Source of the DNA: Hormiphora californensis
Taxonomy: Eukaryota; Animalia; Ctenophora
Length of the DNA: 64,000 bases
Assembly: GCA_020137815.1 (NCBI GenBank)
Contig: CM035351.1
Span: 5,766,001-5,830,000, forward strand
Direction: 5' to 3'
In this document: positions 32,046 to 46,306 of the stretch, piece by piece
How positions within the stretch are numbered: position 1 is the stretch's first letter
Layout: every line of letters begins with the position of its first letter
Position numbers and translations under genes: made by a program
Notes under the pieces: generated by a model
What the model was told of the DNA's origin: nothing
What the model saw: the letters and a program-made list of their open reading frames with translations, nothing else
Databases searched by the model: none

Positions 32046-34130
32046 GGTGATCACCCTATAGGGCCCTAGTCCCATACTTTCGGGATCCCATACTCCCAAT
32101 TAGAGAGAGAAAGTATGGGATCTCGAAAGTATGGGACCACGACGGTGCCTCCCCTGGTGACCTACAAGCCTGGTGACCTACTCCTGTAAAACCTAATTAG
32201 GGGACCAGTAGGTCACGGCGACTAGAAGTCGCAATTACCTACCAGCCTGGTGACCTACTCCAAGGTGTGGCATACCAATCACACTGATCATAGTGTTTTT
32301 CTCCAATCAGAAATCTGACCCCGTTTCATTGACAATGACCCATAGAAGCTAGAGCTAAGCGTATTTTAATATCGATTCGGATGACCCAATCAGTTAATCA
32401 ATCGCTCTGATTGGGCAGTACATCGTACCCTGTCAATACATCAACGGAAACCGTGCTTGGACATGCAAGGATAGGAGAAAATATGATCCCGTATGTAAAG
32501 GAAGGCTGGCAACCAATGGAAGTGAGGTGGTAAAGGAGAACCCTCATTCCCACCAAGGATGCTGGAAAACTGCACCTGAGCCCAAGAAGTCCTCTCCATT
32601 GTCCGGACAACAGCAGTCAATGACTATGATCCCACTATCAAGGAGGCTCTTCATTCTCTCTTTGGATTAGCATTAGCATTCGTCCCAGCAACTGACGTTA
32701 CATCTGTGTGGATGGAACTACAACATCACCTAGGAAGAAGACCTGACTTTCTACCTGTCCTGGAGTACGTGAAGAAGGAATGGATCTACAACCCAACCGT
32801 CTACCCGATCAACATGTGGAACGTCCACTCTGCAGTCCTTTCTGGCAGCCCAAGGACTAACAACTACTCTGAGCTTGAGGGTTCAAACAACGCTTTAAAT
32901 AATACTGCAGCTTCCGCTCATCCTTCCATACCGCGGCTGTTGGAAATCCTGAGGACTTTCAATGCTAAAACGGATACCATGATCCTGCATATCTTGACGG
33001 GAAAGCCACTATACCGCCAAAGAAGAGGAAAACCGTATATGTACAACTGGAGAAAAGGCTACAAACGAGTGTTTGATTTTATGGAAGGATAGCGAATGTT
33101 ATGTACTGTAAAAATATTGGATATCTAAACTGATTGTGTAAAATTAATTTTTTTGTTTTTGTTTGAGAAACAACGTGTTTTAGTTTCTGTCATTCAAAAC
33201 TATGATGAAGTTCAGCAGTAGGTAACGAGTACCTGTATGGCCTTATGACCTACTCGCCCGATCGCATACTCCTGGTCTCTGATTAGGCCAATCAGAGAGT
33301 AGGTCAACAGGCTTGTAGGTCACCAGGGGGTGAATCACCACGACAATTGTCCGAGATCCCATACTTTCTAATTATGTATGTGATACGAATCTGGGATGCC
33401 CTATTAGCACTACTAACACATTATTCGGGGTATGAAACACATGATTCAGATTTCAGAGAAGCATATTAGCAGTGTGAGACGATATGAGACACGATTCGGG
33501 TAGGGTTTCGTGAAGGTTTCTCCCCTTTTAGGGGGGTTTAAAGAGAGAAACAATAAAACCGTTTTCCACATTGATTGGATAATATTGTGCGAAACAATAC
33601 CCTATATACCGTTCAAACAGCCCTAGAAACGCCCCCCTCAAGTAACAGGGGTTTTTTTACCATCTGATCAGTGATCAGCCATCAAAACCTTTGACTGGTA
33701 CCCCGTTTGAACTTGAGTAATCGACTCCCTAAGTGTCGACCGGATGGAAAAACCGGCGAGTTCATTTACCATTGATTTGCATTCACGATTCACTGATTAG
33801 AATTTCGTGACAATGCTGAATCATTCGGGAAATCTGACACGAAATTCCCAAACCCCACACCGTTTTTTATGTGAAAACCGTAAATAGTACAAAGGTTTAA
33901 CAAATTTGCCCCCACATAACTCTTTTTAAAATTCCCCAATTTAGCGTTTCCCAAACACCGTTTTTTTTGGTTTGGATTAGCATCTAGTGCCCCCCAAAAC
34001 CCGAAAAGTAGGGGACTTCGAAATTTATGGGATCCGGAAAGTATGGGAAACGGCAATTGCCCCGGGGACCCCATACTTTTTTTTAATTAGGAGTATGGGA
34101 CCCCAAAAGTTTTGGGAAAAAACCGATGGG
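32046..34130. mobile_element. Foldback element with CCCATACTTT/AAAGTATGGG subterminal repeats, apparently inserted in the 19-bp minisatellite
   Basis: The left arm (32046-32143 plus 33345-33373) is approximately the reverse complement of the noisy segment at 34000-34130. The right boundary is uncertain. Confidence 0.55.
32144..33336 (+). mobile_element. Defective Mutator-like element (MULE) with 8-bp TSD
   Basis: TIRs ..CCCCTGGTGACCTACAAGCCTG.. / ..CAGGCTTGTAGGTCACCAGGGG... ACCACGAC is duplicated at 32136-32143 and 33337-33344. A transposase C-terminal relic reads LALAFVP..DV / WNV...PRTNNYSE.EG.NNALN...HPSI (32670-33092). Confidence 0.85.
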
Positions 34131-35480
34131 ATTCGTAACGGGGAAATTATGGGTTTTACCCTACTCATTTTTACCAGACAAAAAAACTAGTTACCATGAA
34201 AAACACTCAGTTACCTTTCAAAAACACTCGTTACGTCGGTTTTAAAACCCAATTAAGCCACTTTTAAATTTCCCCAAATTTATTTCCCCCAATTTTAAGT
34301 AATTGCAGTGTTATTTTCCCACGCTGTTTGGTTTAAACGGGAAACCCCCTTTTTTATGGCCCTTTAATGGGGTTTTTGGGAAAAATTTGGGGTAAGATGA
34401 AGACTAAGAAAAATAGGTGTGTCGAGCCTTGACAACTAAAAATTTTTTCCCCCCACTGCTTCCCCTTTTTTCCCCCTTTCTTTGAGAAAAAAAAGTCAAC
34501 ATTTCATGGTTTTCCCCATCAATCACGCCTTTAAACCCTCTTTTTCCCTCAATTTCACCCCCCCTTTCTCCCCCAAAAATATCTGAGATATCCCCCGGGG
34601 GGGCCCAAAGGGGCCCCCTAAAAAAACAGTGGAACATCCCAAACAGGAAAATTGCAGCTGGTGATCACGTCCGGGCCCCCCCCACGACCCCCTCCCCCCT
34701 CGAAGGGCCGACGTTTTTTTGTAAAAGGCCCCCTTTGCAGAGGGAAAAAAGGGAGACATTTGGGGGAAATCGTTTGGTAAAAACCGGGGGCAGGGAACAA
34801 ATTTGTGAATGGGAAAGGCTGTGAGATTCAAAAAGAAAAATGTGTCAAAAGATTTACTGACCAAATAAAATGATCAGCTGATTTGCACTTAAATATATGG
34901 ATAGAGAAGTTCTTCGCTGCAGTTCAGCCCGTTTTATATTATTCTGGCGACAGAAATAAACGGAGTTATTAGAAAGATGAAACTTGGTGAATAAGATAGA
35001 CATGGATAAATAGATCTAAAACCGTGTTTATGTCTATCCTTGGAATAAGTATAAACGGCTGGAAACTCTTGTCAGGTCGTAACGCCTGGAGGCAAATTGT
35101 AGAAGACGAGGCGATAGGCGCAGGGGAGACGAGAGAGGTATGAGAGAGAGAGTGGTGCGAGGATGAGAGGAACGAGAAGAGGAGAGAGTGAGAGAGAGAG
35201 TGACGAGAGAGAGAGAGCGAGGAGAGGAGAGTAGCGCGGGGGGTGGGAGTGGGGGGAAGCAGAGTAGACGCAGGAGGAGAGGAGACGAGAGTGACGGAGA
35301 GATGAGGGAGAGCGGAGAGACGAGAGATGGAGGAGAGAGAGGATGAGCCAGATAGACGAGGAAGAGATGAGAGCGATTGGATCGAGAGAGGAGAGTGACG
35401 GAGAGAGATTTGAGGGAGAGAGTGCGAGAGATCGAGAGGAGCGAGGGCGACTGAGAGAGAGAGAGGAGAGAAGAGAGATG
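33500..35480. other. Largely low-accuracy, homopolymer-inflated sequence and scrambled GA tract
   Basis: Noisy copies of nearby repeats and long mononucleotide runs. Confidence 0.7.
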
Positions 35481-35722
35481 AAGGTGGTTTTTAGCTAGAA
35501 AATGGGTAGCAAGGTGCGGCTAATAGAAACTCCCGAGAAACTTCATGTGTAACACAACAGGAAACAAGCTCAGTAGGCCACATGTAAGGAATCTCTGTAG
35601 CACTCTCCGATAGTTTGATTGTTATAGCTGTGTTTGCCATGGCTTACTACTTGTTGGGTGACCCCTTACCCATATCAACAACAATCTGAACACTTTTTCT
35701 AGGGACAGCTATAACTACAACC

Positions 35723-36276
35723 ATGGCACAATATGGTTCCAACGCTGCTCTTGTTATATACCTGGCACTACAACTTCCCGTGGAGGGTCTATCACGGGTT
35801 AGCTTCGATCCAACCCATCATCTACAGTTTTGTCGCAATTTCATCGATCTCAAACGAAAGGGAATTGACAAGAACTCCACCTGTAACACATACAAGGAGA
35901 ACTGCTGTGCATATTGGACTAGTAGCCCCCATGAGAACACGATTAAGGAAGGTACCCACCCATGCTGACCATCTCGTGGCCTACTGCTGCTATGAATTAT
36001 GAGGATTGTTGCTATGGAAACTGTTGTAAAGGGGAATCTGAGATCTGCTGCAAACCGGACGCAATCAATCTACCTGGCGTCTGTTGTTCTAATAACTCAG
36101 AGTGTTGTCTCAATACCAGAGGGGAGACGGTATGTTGTCCAATGCCCGTTAGACAGATATGGATTCTCATTGGGGTGTTTCTCTCAGCGTATATGGTGGT
36201 AAAGGTGGTTCGGGCGATTCAGACTTATTGTAACATCACCCCTTTTGAGGAGGAGAATTTTGATCTCCTTCCCTGA
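35723..36276 (+). CDS. Small Cys-rich single-pass membrane protein (frameshifted in this assembly)
   Basis: Pieces in three frames join into a signal-like N-terminus, many CC pairs (NCCAYW, YCCYE, DCCYGNCCKG, ICCKP, VCCSN, ECCLN, VCCP), a hydrophobic TM segment (IWILIGVFLSAYMVVKVV) and the tail EEENFDLLP. Confidence 0.6.
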
Positions 36277-39200
36277 GTACAGGGTTCACGAGCTAAAGTA
36301 TTGCTTTTGTGGGATTAAAGAACCTCAACCGTGCTACGGAGCGTGATATGGTCGGGTGGAGATATAGAGTCATGAAGTGGGACAAATGGGAAGCAGGAAG
36401 TAGGAATGTAGAAAATGAATTTGAAGATGAACAGACAGGAACAGAGTGATAGAGTGAGAACTATTATAACAGTGTGATAAACAGAGTGGGCTAGGGACAT
36501 GGACAGAGAGATAATTTCTTTTGGAATGTGAATTCCTGAATCCTGCCTACTTTCTATTCACGTCTACTAAGATCATGACCGGGTGGGTACCGAAGTGCGG
36601 TATTTTATTGTCTGTCACCAGTGTGATAATGTGATCCTTGAATTCGGTGTTTCTTTTCTCTACAAATGAATTCTAATGAAAGACTAATGACCAACTCATG
36701 GGACGTCGTCTCATGAGACCTACTTCTACTAGTGTCGGCACTGCGGAGACATATCCAGTGTGGCCGAATGATCGGACAGACTACTTTTGTCCATTGCCAG
36801 CAGTAGATTCAGGATCATTTAGATTGATTTGATCTTTGAAATGTGATAGACATTGTAGTGAGGGGAAGTACTAAAATAGAAACAGAGAAATAGGAAGGTA
36901 TCTCTTCTCATGGGGAGGCTACTAAATGAGGTTATCTTTGTAAGGTTATTATTCAGCTTTCCGTCCTGTAGCTTCTTATACTAGGGCTATTATAGGAAGT
37001 GAGTAGTCAACCGATTCGGAGAGAGCGAGAGAGAGAGAGTAAGGCAAAAGTGAGGAGAGAAAGGGAGAGAGAGAGCGAGAGAAGAAAGGGAGAGAGAACA
37101 GGGAGAGAGCTGAGTAAGCTACACAGTAGTCAACTAAACCCTGAGGGGGCTTGCAATTAGGAGTAGAACTCTCCCACAGGGCTTTCCAAACAGAGGAGGG
37201 GGAGGTGAGAGTAGAAAGAGTGAGAGTTAGCTGAATAAACATTGGTGAGCCGTCATTCAAACCAGGATACAACCCTTCTAAACTCTCTCTCTCTCTCCAT
37301 CTATCTTTTCCCTCTCTCTCCATCCTCTCCTCCACTCCCCCCTGGCCCTCTCACTCTCTCATTCGTCATTCATTTGTCCGGTGAGGTAGACGTTTTAATC
37401 TCTCACTATATCCTCCTTCCTCATACCTCTAGATCTTCTTTGGTTCATTCCATCAATCTCTCATTCTCTCTATCTCTATGTCTGTCTCTCCTCTCCCTCC
37501 CTTTCTCTCTCCCCCCTCTCTCTCTCTCCCCCTCTCTCTCTCCATCTCTATCTTCCTCATTCCAATGGTATATTTCTCTATCGCCCCTCTCTCTCTAACT
37601 CTGTATCATATGCTTCTCTCAGTTCTCACGATTACTATCTTTCTATTCGCTGTCTTGATGACTTTGTGTCATTCCGCCCTAGTCTGGCGGGAGGAGGGGG
37701 CCAAAGCTACGGAGAATGAGAGAGAGATAGAAAGTGAGAGAACTATATTTATATCGCGACCATTAATCGAGTTTAAGATGCCACTTGGACGCGGACGGTG
37801 ATCTGCTGGGTGGGCGAAGAGGCGCCAGGTTGCCTGGGCTTCAATTCTCAGTGTGTGTTCCACCGCGGCGCGACCATGGATTGATGAACTTAGCAAGCAT
37901 CTGAAGTTGTTTATTCAGCCGCGGCAGCGGACCACGTCTTTCTTCTCCTTCAATTTATTGTTTAGATCGTGCATGAGTTGTAAAGAAACGCGTTATCGTC
38001 ATTCACGGAGAGAGCGATAGACAGGGAGGGAGGGGGAATCTGAGAGAGAAAGATAGAATTTGAGAGAGAAACAGAGAGGGAGAGAGAGATACTAGACAGA
38101 GGGGAAGATAGAGAGAGATAGAGAGATATGGTGAGTGATAGTAGATGGGACCACGGAGATTGCGTGCTATAAATTCACCCAGCCCTGTTCACCGGTTCAC
38201 GGGAAATCATTCACGCCTACCCCCGCTCAAACCGAATGCGGGGGACAAGAGTTAGAGAACTCTGGTGGCTATCTCAACTCTTAATTCGCCCTAAAACAAA
38301 AAAAGATGGCATGTCACTATTTCTACCCGGTTTGTAATAACTGTTCCCACGGATCAAAGCCCGTGAATGCCAAGTAAGGATTTCGCAATTAAGAACCTGG
38401 AGAAGACCCAGTGTGATGGTGACCAATATTAAATTGAGCTTGTAACACTTGTAGGGTGGGATATTGCGAAATGAGGGGCTGCAGCTGTATGTTGTTCTCT
38501 CACAATCTTACAATTCATCCCTACCAATCGGATGATTACTCTCAAGAGCTAAGAGCTACCCAATTTTTATCGCCTAGCTGAGTTTCTCAATCGGCTAATG
38601 AATCACGAATCTTTAGATTTACGGGGGTCATAACACAAATTATTATGGATTTAGACAGCAAGAGAGAGGGAGAGGGAGAGGGGACGTGAGAATAAAGAAG
38701 CATTTCATGATGCGTAGAGAAAGTTTGAGTAATATTTTGAATTTGGCATAATAATAGCTGTGATTGAAATTTGAATGATATTCCCATTTCATTGTGAGCT
38801 CCAGTCATCTTTAGACAGTGACACCTGACAGGAAAACCTAAATCAAAGCTATAAGCACCTTGTATCTCACAGCTAACTGTAACGGTTGTCAGTAGATAAG
38901 ATACATATTCTCATGTTGTTGAATAAAAGATAAGTGGACCTCTCACAAACTCTTATCACGATAAAATGCAAGGCGTGGTAAGCAGGGATAAACCAAACAC
39001 ATTGAATAGAGGGATACAACAAAGATAACGAATAGAAGGGGAGTGGCTTGGGGGTGTCGGCCGGAATTCCTAAATAGGATCATGAGTTAAAATAAAATAC
39101 GAGTCTGAGAGTGTGAGAACCAATATATTGGTTGTATACAAGATAACAAGAGAGAGAAAACAGGGAGACAGAGAAAATAGGGAGGGAAAGAGAATGCTGT

Positions 39201-40149
39201 TGCAATGTTGCGAGAATATGATTGGTCGAACAACTGCAGCACTACCGTTCAACTGATAAGCAACAAGTTGTGAGATGTAACGCCTCCTCCACCAGCCCAA
39301 TCTGCTGCAGATCTCTCTCTCTCTCTCTCTCTGCATTGTTATCAGAGAGTCCCGATAACGCCTCTTCCCCAGGCCTCCCTCTGCAGCTACCAAACTCTGC
39401 GCTTATCTTTCTCTTTCTCTCACTCTCTGTCACACCGCGCGATGGTTCTTTGTTTCACGAACTCTCTTTCTTTGTTTGAGATTCTCGGTCGCACATCAAG
39501 TTTATATTTGAAAGTTTGGGACATGCTATTATTATTTTTGTATGTAAGATGAACCTTACATTGAACCCTAATCCCTACTTTCTCTTCCCATACGTAGCAA
39601 TTATCCATGAATCTGACGAATATCTCTCTGCTACTAACTGGAATGGATATCACCCTGCTTTCTCTCTCTCTCTCTCTCTTGCTGATAAAACCAAACTGAT
39701 TCTGATTACTGTTAGAGCCGACATTTTGGGATCAATACAGAACACATGCTACTATTAGATAGAGGAGGAGCATTGCACCAGACACGCTAACTTGGAAGCT
39801 GGGACCGCTATTCTTTGAGGTAGGAAAGAATTGCCACCTAGATCTATCTCTCACACAGCTCACAGCCGATATATGGTGGTATAGCTGCTGCAACACGCTC
39901 ATGACGCAATCTCCACCCACTAATTCTCACAGCACCTAAATTCCCTAGAACACCCTTCTATAAACACTTTTTGGCCAGTACTATCACAATCAATAATCGC
40001 ATTTCGAAATTCTAGTGAAAATCCGGTTCTTTTAGCTTGCAATCTGGGCCGTGAACAAACACCAGCTTCCCCTGTTCTCTTTCTCTGCATCTCTCCCTCT
40101 CTGTTCTAAGCTAGCTCGCTCTGTAGAGATTGGGGCACATGTGACTGGG

Positions 40150-40340
40150 CAACACTAGCCAATAGCGGCGCTGCAATCGACGTCGCGTGACATCTCTCCA
40201 GCCAATAGCAGAGCACTTTGTGAGGAGAGAGGGAGTCACGCAGTGCGCTGAGCCGGCCTCTCGAGTAGACATTGCGCAGCTCGCACGTGAAGGTCATTCC
40301 CCTCCTTCGCAGAGCTGAGGTGCCCTCTGATTGGACGTTG
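40150..40340 (+). promoter_or_regulatory. Candidate promoter of the zinc-finger gene
   Basis: CpG-rich patch with three CCAAT/ATTGG boxes, GACGTC and CACGTG motifs, about 200-350 bp upstream of the proposed first exon. Confidence 0.4.
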
Positions 40341-40515
40341 GTCCGCTGACCCGTTATCGAGTAGTTAAGACTCCCTCAGATTTATGACCACTGCGACAGT
40401 CCTAGTATCACACGTGACATCTTTCATGATTTTTGGGAGTATCTCCCCATCTGACTTTAGTTCTTACTTGGACACTTTCCGATTGCTATAACCCAACTTG
40501 TCTTAAGTTTACACT

Positions 40516-43500
40516 ATGCTTGTTCAAAACGTCTTCAACTCGACTGCCGTGCCCATTTCCCAGAACACTAAGAAAGGTATGTTGACAGAGGTTCACCGCA
40601 CATGTTTTTTCTAAGTCACAATAACACAATTTTATATAAACCACCTGCAATATACCCATGTTATTGCACCCACCTACTGCAGCTATCACTGTTATAGGTC
40701 CTATAGGTTCATAATATATCTGAACTTTACTTATATTATTTTACCAAACTTTTATAAAATTTATAAACCAACACACAACACTACCACACACACATGGTAG
40801 ACCCACAGCACAACCCAAGCTATGTTATCAAGGTAGATCGCATCAAGTTATAATATTTTAACACATCCCTCCAACTTCAATAAAATATAGCACACTGTTA
40901 TAGCCCCACACCATTTCCCCAGTGCCACTATCACCACACAAATATTACCATAGCACCGTACAGGATCCTATAGCATTATAGGGGAGGGGTCTATTAGATC
41001 GGGTTCATGGGACTTCATACTGATATAGCACTCATCTAACATTGATAATATTTCCACTGCAATATTCAACCCTATTCTAGCTGCATTGGTAGGTTTAGTC
41101 ATGGCCGGCTAGGGAATACTATCTTGTGGCACCGGAGAAATATCCTCCAAAAATTTATCCACCACTTCATGAAGTGTAAAATAGCCGGTGAAGCTTCACC
41201 CGTTATTTTACAAGCTCAATGGATTTTTAGGTGCATCTCCCCGGTTCACTGGGCCAATATCACTATCAGTAAAAATTCCTTGGCCGATCTATCACTGCAT
41301 GGCCCATTGTATCACAGCTCTGCATCTGGTCCCACATGGAACAGTCCAATTTCTGCATTTCTTCAACAATTTATTTGCACTACACCATCCAGCTGTGAAA
41401 CAATGCATGTATCTCATTCCCTTTTTTCACATCTCAGCTCATGCAATTTTGTTCATGTGTGTCCATGAGGGTTGGCGGGCTGAAGTGGAACCCTCCGGGC
41501 TTTCCAATGGGTATTCTCCCGCCATTGCGCACACAGCGCAACCTATCCCTCTTTGTTTCTCTTCGCGATCCTTTATTACTAAGCCGTCTTCAATCCTTAG
41601 CCCCTCCAGAAAACATGATTTTAGGTAAAATAATCATCTCAGCTCTATCGCACTATTTTTCTATGGCTCACAGTATTTTTCTCTGCACTATCACAAACAT
41701 CATCACATTATGAAATACAGAATATTTAAAAAAATTTCAATAACTTCAACCACACAATAAACAACACATTTATTTTATCGTGACTAGGGCTGCACAGATT
41801 TTTCCAAATATTATCATATCAGAAAAAATAGGCCATTTGGCCAGTTCTCTCATTATATTTATCACTGATAAAATATTTCCTGGTCGCTAACACAATTTTT
41901 CCTTCCCTCAGAAAAGCGTTTCCTGTGCGATGTGTGCAACAAACAATTCCAGCACAAGGGAAACCTCAACTCCCATATGAGATCGCATACCGGAGAACGG
42001 CCATACAGCTGTGATGTGTGCGATAAGCGGTTCTCTACCTCTGGCATCCTCAAGACCCATATGAGAACACACACAGGCGAGAAACCTTATCTCTGCGATA
42101 CCTGTGGCAAGCGGTTCTCTCACATCGGCATTCTCAAGGTAATTTAGCTTGCAATATTGCAATATTTTTGTCTTGTACCATCAGCCTTTTTGCCCTCCTG
42201 ATCGGACTTGTGTCCCCGAATATTTGATTGTGATAAAAATTAGCACACCACCTATTTGCCTTGCTCCTAAAATCTTCGCATAATTTTTGTTAACAGCTTG
42301 GAAATATTCTGAAGCCTCTTCCTGTGAATTCCTATAATAATTTTCTGATACAAGAAATATTTTTTTCGGTGCCTACTGCCTAGAAATATTTGTTGTTTCA
42401 GTAAAAATAAAAATATCTCGGGGCGGCATAACCATTGGAAAATCGCACATCGCACAACTTATCATAATCGCAGGATGGCCGAAAAAATATTTCTTGTATC
42501 AGAAAATTATTAGGAAGCGCAGAAAAAAAGTTCAGCGATTTTCAAGCTGTTTTAAAAATTATTCTGCTTTATCTTGCCTCCTGAACTGATTATATTTCCT
42601 GTTTCGATCTCAGCACGACATTTGAACTACAATGCCACCTGCAGAAACTTGATGATACCTCATGGGCTTGCCCTACCATTCATCTATAATATTGCAATAT
42701 TTCTCCCTGGCCCTAACAAAGTGCAATATTACCACCTAATGCCTGATTTATTTGTGCTCAACTGGTGTAGATATTTTTTCTCTGTCTCGCCATCCCATTT
42801 TTTTTGTTGCTTGATCGCACTTGAGTGATCGCACGGCTACATTTTTATCTGCACCCCTGACTATAGCCCATGCTATATTTTTGCACTGGCCATTTGTTGA
42901 CCCCCTTGCTCAACAACTGGCCACAGCTTTAGTTTTATCATATCACGACCTTTCTTATGAACTTATTGCCTACCTTTTGAACAGTTCTCTGACCCATATC
43001 TTTCCCTCTCAGAACCACATGCTGACCCACAGTGGCGAGCGACCCCACCGTTGTCCCATTCCTGATTGTGGAAAGGACTACAGTCGTGCTGCCAACCTGA
43101 AAATCCACATGCGATCTCATACCGGTGAGTTCTCGTTCTTTGTTTTATTCGATCTGATAGTTTTGCTGGTAGCAAGCTCAGCTCTGTATACCACGAGCAA
43201 GCTGGTGTGAGCGCGGCGCGACCTGGTGAAGACTCATTCTCCGCCATTGCTGAACAGATGGGCTTTGCGAAATTTTTAGGCGGGCACCCTCGGGGCGAGT
43301 TGCATTGAAAGAGGGGGTGATTCTTTCTATGTCTCTCTGTCATTAGACGCCCTCTTAATAACTGCTCAGGGGCTTGACTGCTCATTGCAGCTGTGAATAG
43401 TAATTCTATTTACCGCACACAATGAGCCACAGTTGAAGCAGGAAACTGCAAAAAACGTGCCCAAACTCAATTTAACCTGAGCTCTTAGTACAGAAAACTG

Positions 43501-44854
43501 ACCCATACCCTTCCCCAGGTGAACGACCCTTCCGATGCGAGTACCCGAAATGTGAGTGGAGTTTTGTCTCCAGTACCGACCTGAAGGTTCACCTGAAGTC
43601 GCACACCGGGGAGAAGCCCTTTACCTGCAATGTCAGTGGGTGTGGACAACAGTTTACCGATCACGGCAACCTGAAGAGCCACATCATGTCCCATAACAGC
43701 AACAACAAGAATGTTACTTCCCGAACCCCTGAGCCAGCTCCCATTGCCGTGAGGAGAACAGTTGCCGCAGTCGATCACCTCCCCAGCTACAAACTTATCG
43801 CTCTTGATGGTAAGTTTCAGATTGTTGTTTGAGATATGGTGTAGCGCGAGCGCTCTTTGTCTTGCTAGAGGGGTCCATGATTGAAGATTTATCTCTCGCG
43901 CTCCGGCGCGATCTCAGGCGCAACTATTTTTTCTTTGTTCTTTGTGTGTTGACCCAATCATGTTTCTAACCTATACCCCTTCTTTCAGGTGACTTCCAAA
44001 AGACCTTCGTTGAGCAGATGAAGCCAGTTCAGCAATTGTACGCCTGTTCTGAGTGCTCCAAAGGATTTGATGCTCTGGCCAAGCTGAAGCTCCACATCAA
44101 GGAACACGACACCATCACCGATACCCGGCCGTACAAATGTGGCGATTGTGCGAAGAAGTTCTCTCAGCCGCGGAACATCCACCGACATATGGTTCTGAGC
44201 CACGGACAACCCGAAACAACCGGACCCTTCACCCTCGCCCTCATGTCTCCCGAGAGGACGCCCTTTGCTGACAAAAACGAGCAGACCACAGTTCAGAGGG
44301 GGAGAAAGAGGCCCCTGGATGAGCTCCACAAGTCGGCCTTTACACCCGTCGCCAAGTCGCCCACCACCTCACCAAATGGGAAGACCAGCCCCGGACTAAA
44401 TCAGCTGTTTATCACAGGCGTGAAGAGCCTCCGAGAGGACCCAACAACTGTTCTGCAACTGCAACAGGAGAAAAACACGCTGGTGATTAAAAAGGAGAAA
44501 GTCTCCCCTGCCCGTGTTCACCCCTACAGCAGGCCAGGACCTAGGAAAGTTGCCCCTGCTACCCGACCTGTTCTTCCCAAGATCGCCCCTAAACCAGCAC
44601 CAAAGGTGGAGAAAACCGTCACACCTCCTCCTCCTCCTGCAGCCCCTACCCCTGCTCCCCTGCGCCTTCACACACCCGAGAACGTGCACAATGTGACATT
44701 TGTGGATGAGCTGAGATATGCTGCTGTTGCTGCTTCCTTTAACATGATGGTACAGGGTGCCATGGCCTACCGAACCTACCAGACCCTCCGGTGCTTCTAC
44801 AAGTGCCTGACCACCGCTAAACAGTCCGTGGAACTGGGTGCCATGCCTTGGTGA
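40516..44854 (+). CDS. C2H2 zinc-finger transcription factor, 8 fingers, Pro-rich C-terminus
   Basis: Exons at 41911-42138, 43013-43124, 43519-43809 and about 43989-44854 carry TGE(K/R)P linkers. The proposed first exon 40516-40576 ([20 protein letters not shown]) has the matching phase-1 donor but is less certain. Confidence 0.88.
42280..42562. mobile_element. Degenerate inverted-repeat (MITE-like) element in zinc-finger intron
   Basis: TAATTTTCTGATACAAGAAATATTTTTT pairs with AAAAAATATTTCTTGTATCAGAAAATTA, with weaker pairing further out. Confidence 0.6.
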
Positions 44855-46131
44855 AGGAAGGATGGAAGTTAGCACAGCGTGCAGCACTGTTGATCTGTGG
44901 TGAGGATGGAAAGAAAGAGAGAGGTAACTCGATCAGGGAGCTCGTGATGTGACACCCGGTCCAGCCAGTTGAGACACTCTCGACTGGAAACTGAGGACCA
45001 ACCCCAAGGATTTAACTGCGAAGAGCTACAGCTAAGAGGACGAGTAACTTACGAATGAAGAACGAATGAAATGAAAGAAAAAAGCCACAAACTGTAACTG
45101 TATCATATTGCAATTTATACAGAAGCTTTTGGAGAGCAAGTTTAGTTATTTATTTATTTTTTACCATTTTTATGTCTGAGATAATATCTAAAGGCGTTAC
45201 CCTAAAACAAAGATACTGCTTTTTACTTTTCTTAACTCGGGGCTGGAGAGAATGTGGTATCTTCTCAGTTCTCTAAATTATCAGAGGTGGACAGTCCATC
45301 TCTAGCATCTCTCTTTGTCGATTGCTAATATAAGCTGGTGTCGAACGTGGCTGTATCGTAGCATAGGCAGGTCGATCACCGGGCCCACTCTAAGCAATCC
45401 GGTCGCCGGTCGGTATCTCTAGCCTCCTGGTACAAGTCTGAGCTGACTTTTTTACTGCCCTCGCAGCGAGTAGCGACGCCGACAGCTGCATGCATTAAGC
45501 GGCCTCTGCTCTGTGACTCAGTGTGAGGGTGAGGGGCAGCGTAATTGTCAAGAGGTTGTGTTTGTTCGTCAGTGTTTTTAAAGAAGATGACGCCGGCCGT
45601 GAAGGTTTCTTGAAGGTTCTACCGAGATCGAGACAAAGAACCCGTACCTGAACCTGAGCTGCTCAGGTGCAACCTTCCATGGTTGACAGGTGATCCAGGT
45701 GATGCGAGATGGTGCGCGCGCAGGTTATACCGTGTGGTTGCGCGGTCCATTCTACCTTGAATGCACCGCGCCCTACAGACATAACACTTGGAGACTGCTA
45801 GCGGGGATTGGAACGTAAAAACATCATTTGCATTTTGCATCCCACCTCCATCTATGTTGCAAGATTTTTTGATTTTTAAGAAAGCAAGAGAAATACCACC
45901 TCCCCCTCCAATTATACTGAAAATGTTCAAATTGTCGACCTCTACGGAATCCAAAATAAGGACCCTACGTCAAATCAATGAGGCTTGTTTGAAATAAAAA
46001 GAAGGCAAAATGGTGAACATTAACAATGTTAAATAATATTTCAATCTATATTTTCGTTCATCTCAACAGTTTAACAACAGTTCAGATACGCAATATTACA
46101 GCCAACAACCGCAACCAGCTGATAAGTATAA

Positions 46132-46302
46132 CAGTCGGACCCCGATTTAGTGGCATCCTCGGGGGAAAGGGTTTTGTCCACAAAATCGGGGTGTCCACTA
46201 AATCAGGGTCAAATAATGGTAATTTCCTATATCGGGGGGAAAAATCCTGCCACTAAATTGGGGTGCCACTAAATCAGGGGCCACTAAATCGGGGTCCGAC
46301 TG
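46132..46302. mobile_element. Tc1/mariner-type MITE (CAGTCGGACCCCGATTTA TIR)
   Basis: Termini CAGTCGGACCCCGATTTAGTGG / CCACTAAATCGGGGTCCGACTG|TA. Same family as 54688-54828. Confidence 0.85.
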
Positions 46303-46306
46303 TATA

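Noticed and set aside
36500-40100. Scattered short ORFs and GA/CT tracts
   Set aside because: Low complexity with no coherent gene model. Likely non-coding upstream region.
41100-41713. Overlapping ORFs of 90-146 aa in the zinc-finger first intron (possible nested gene)
   Set aside because: No motifs or consistent splice structure recognised.
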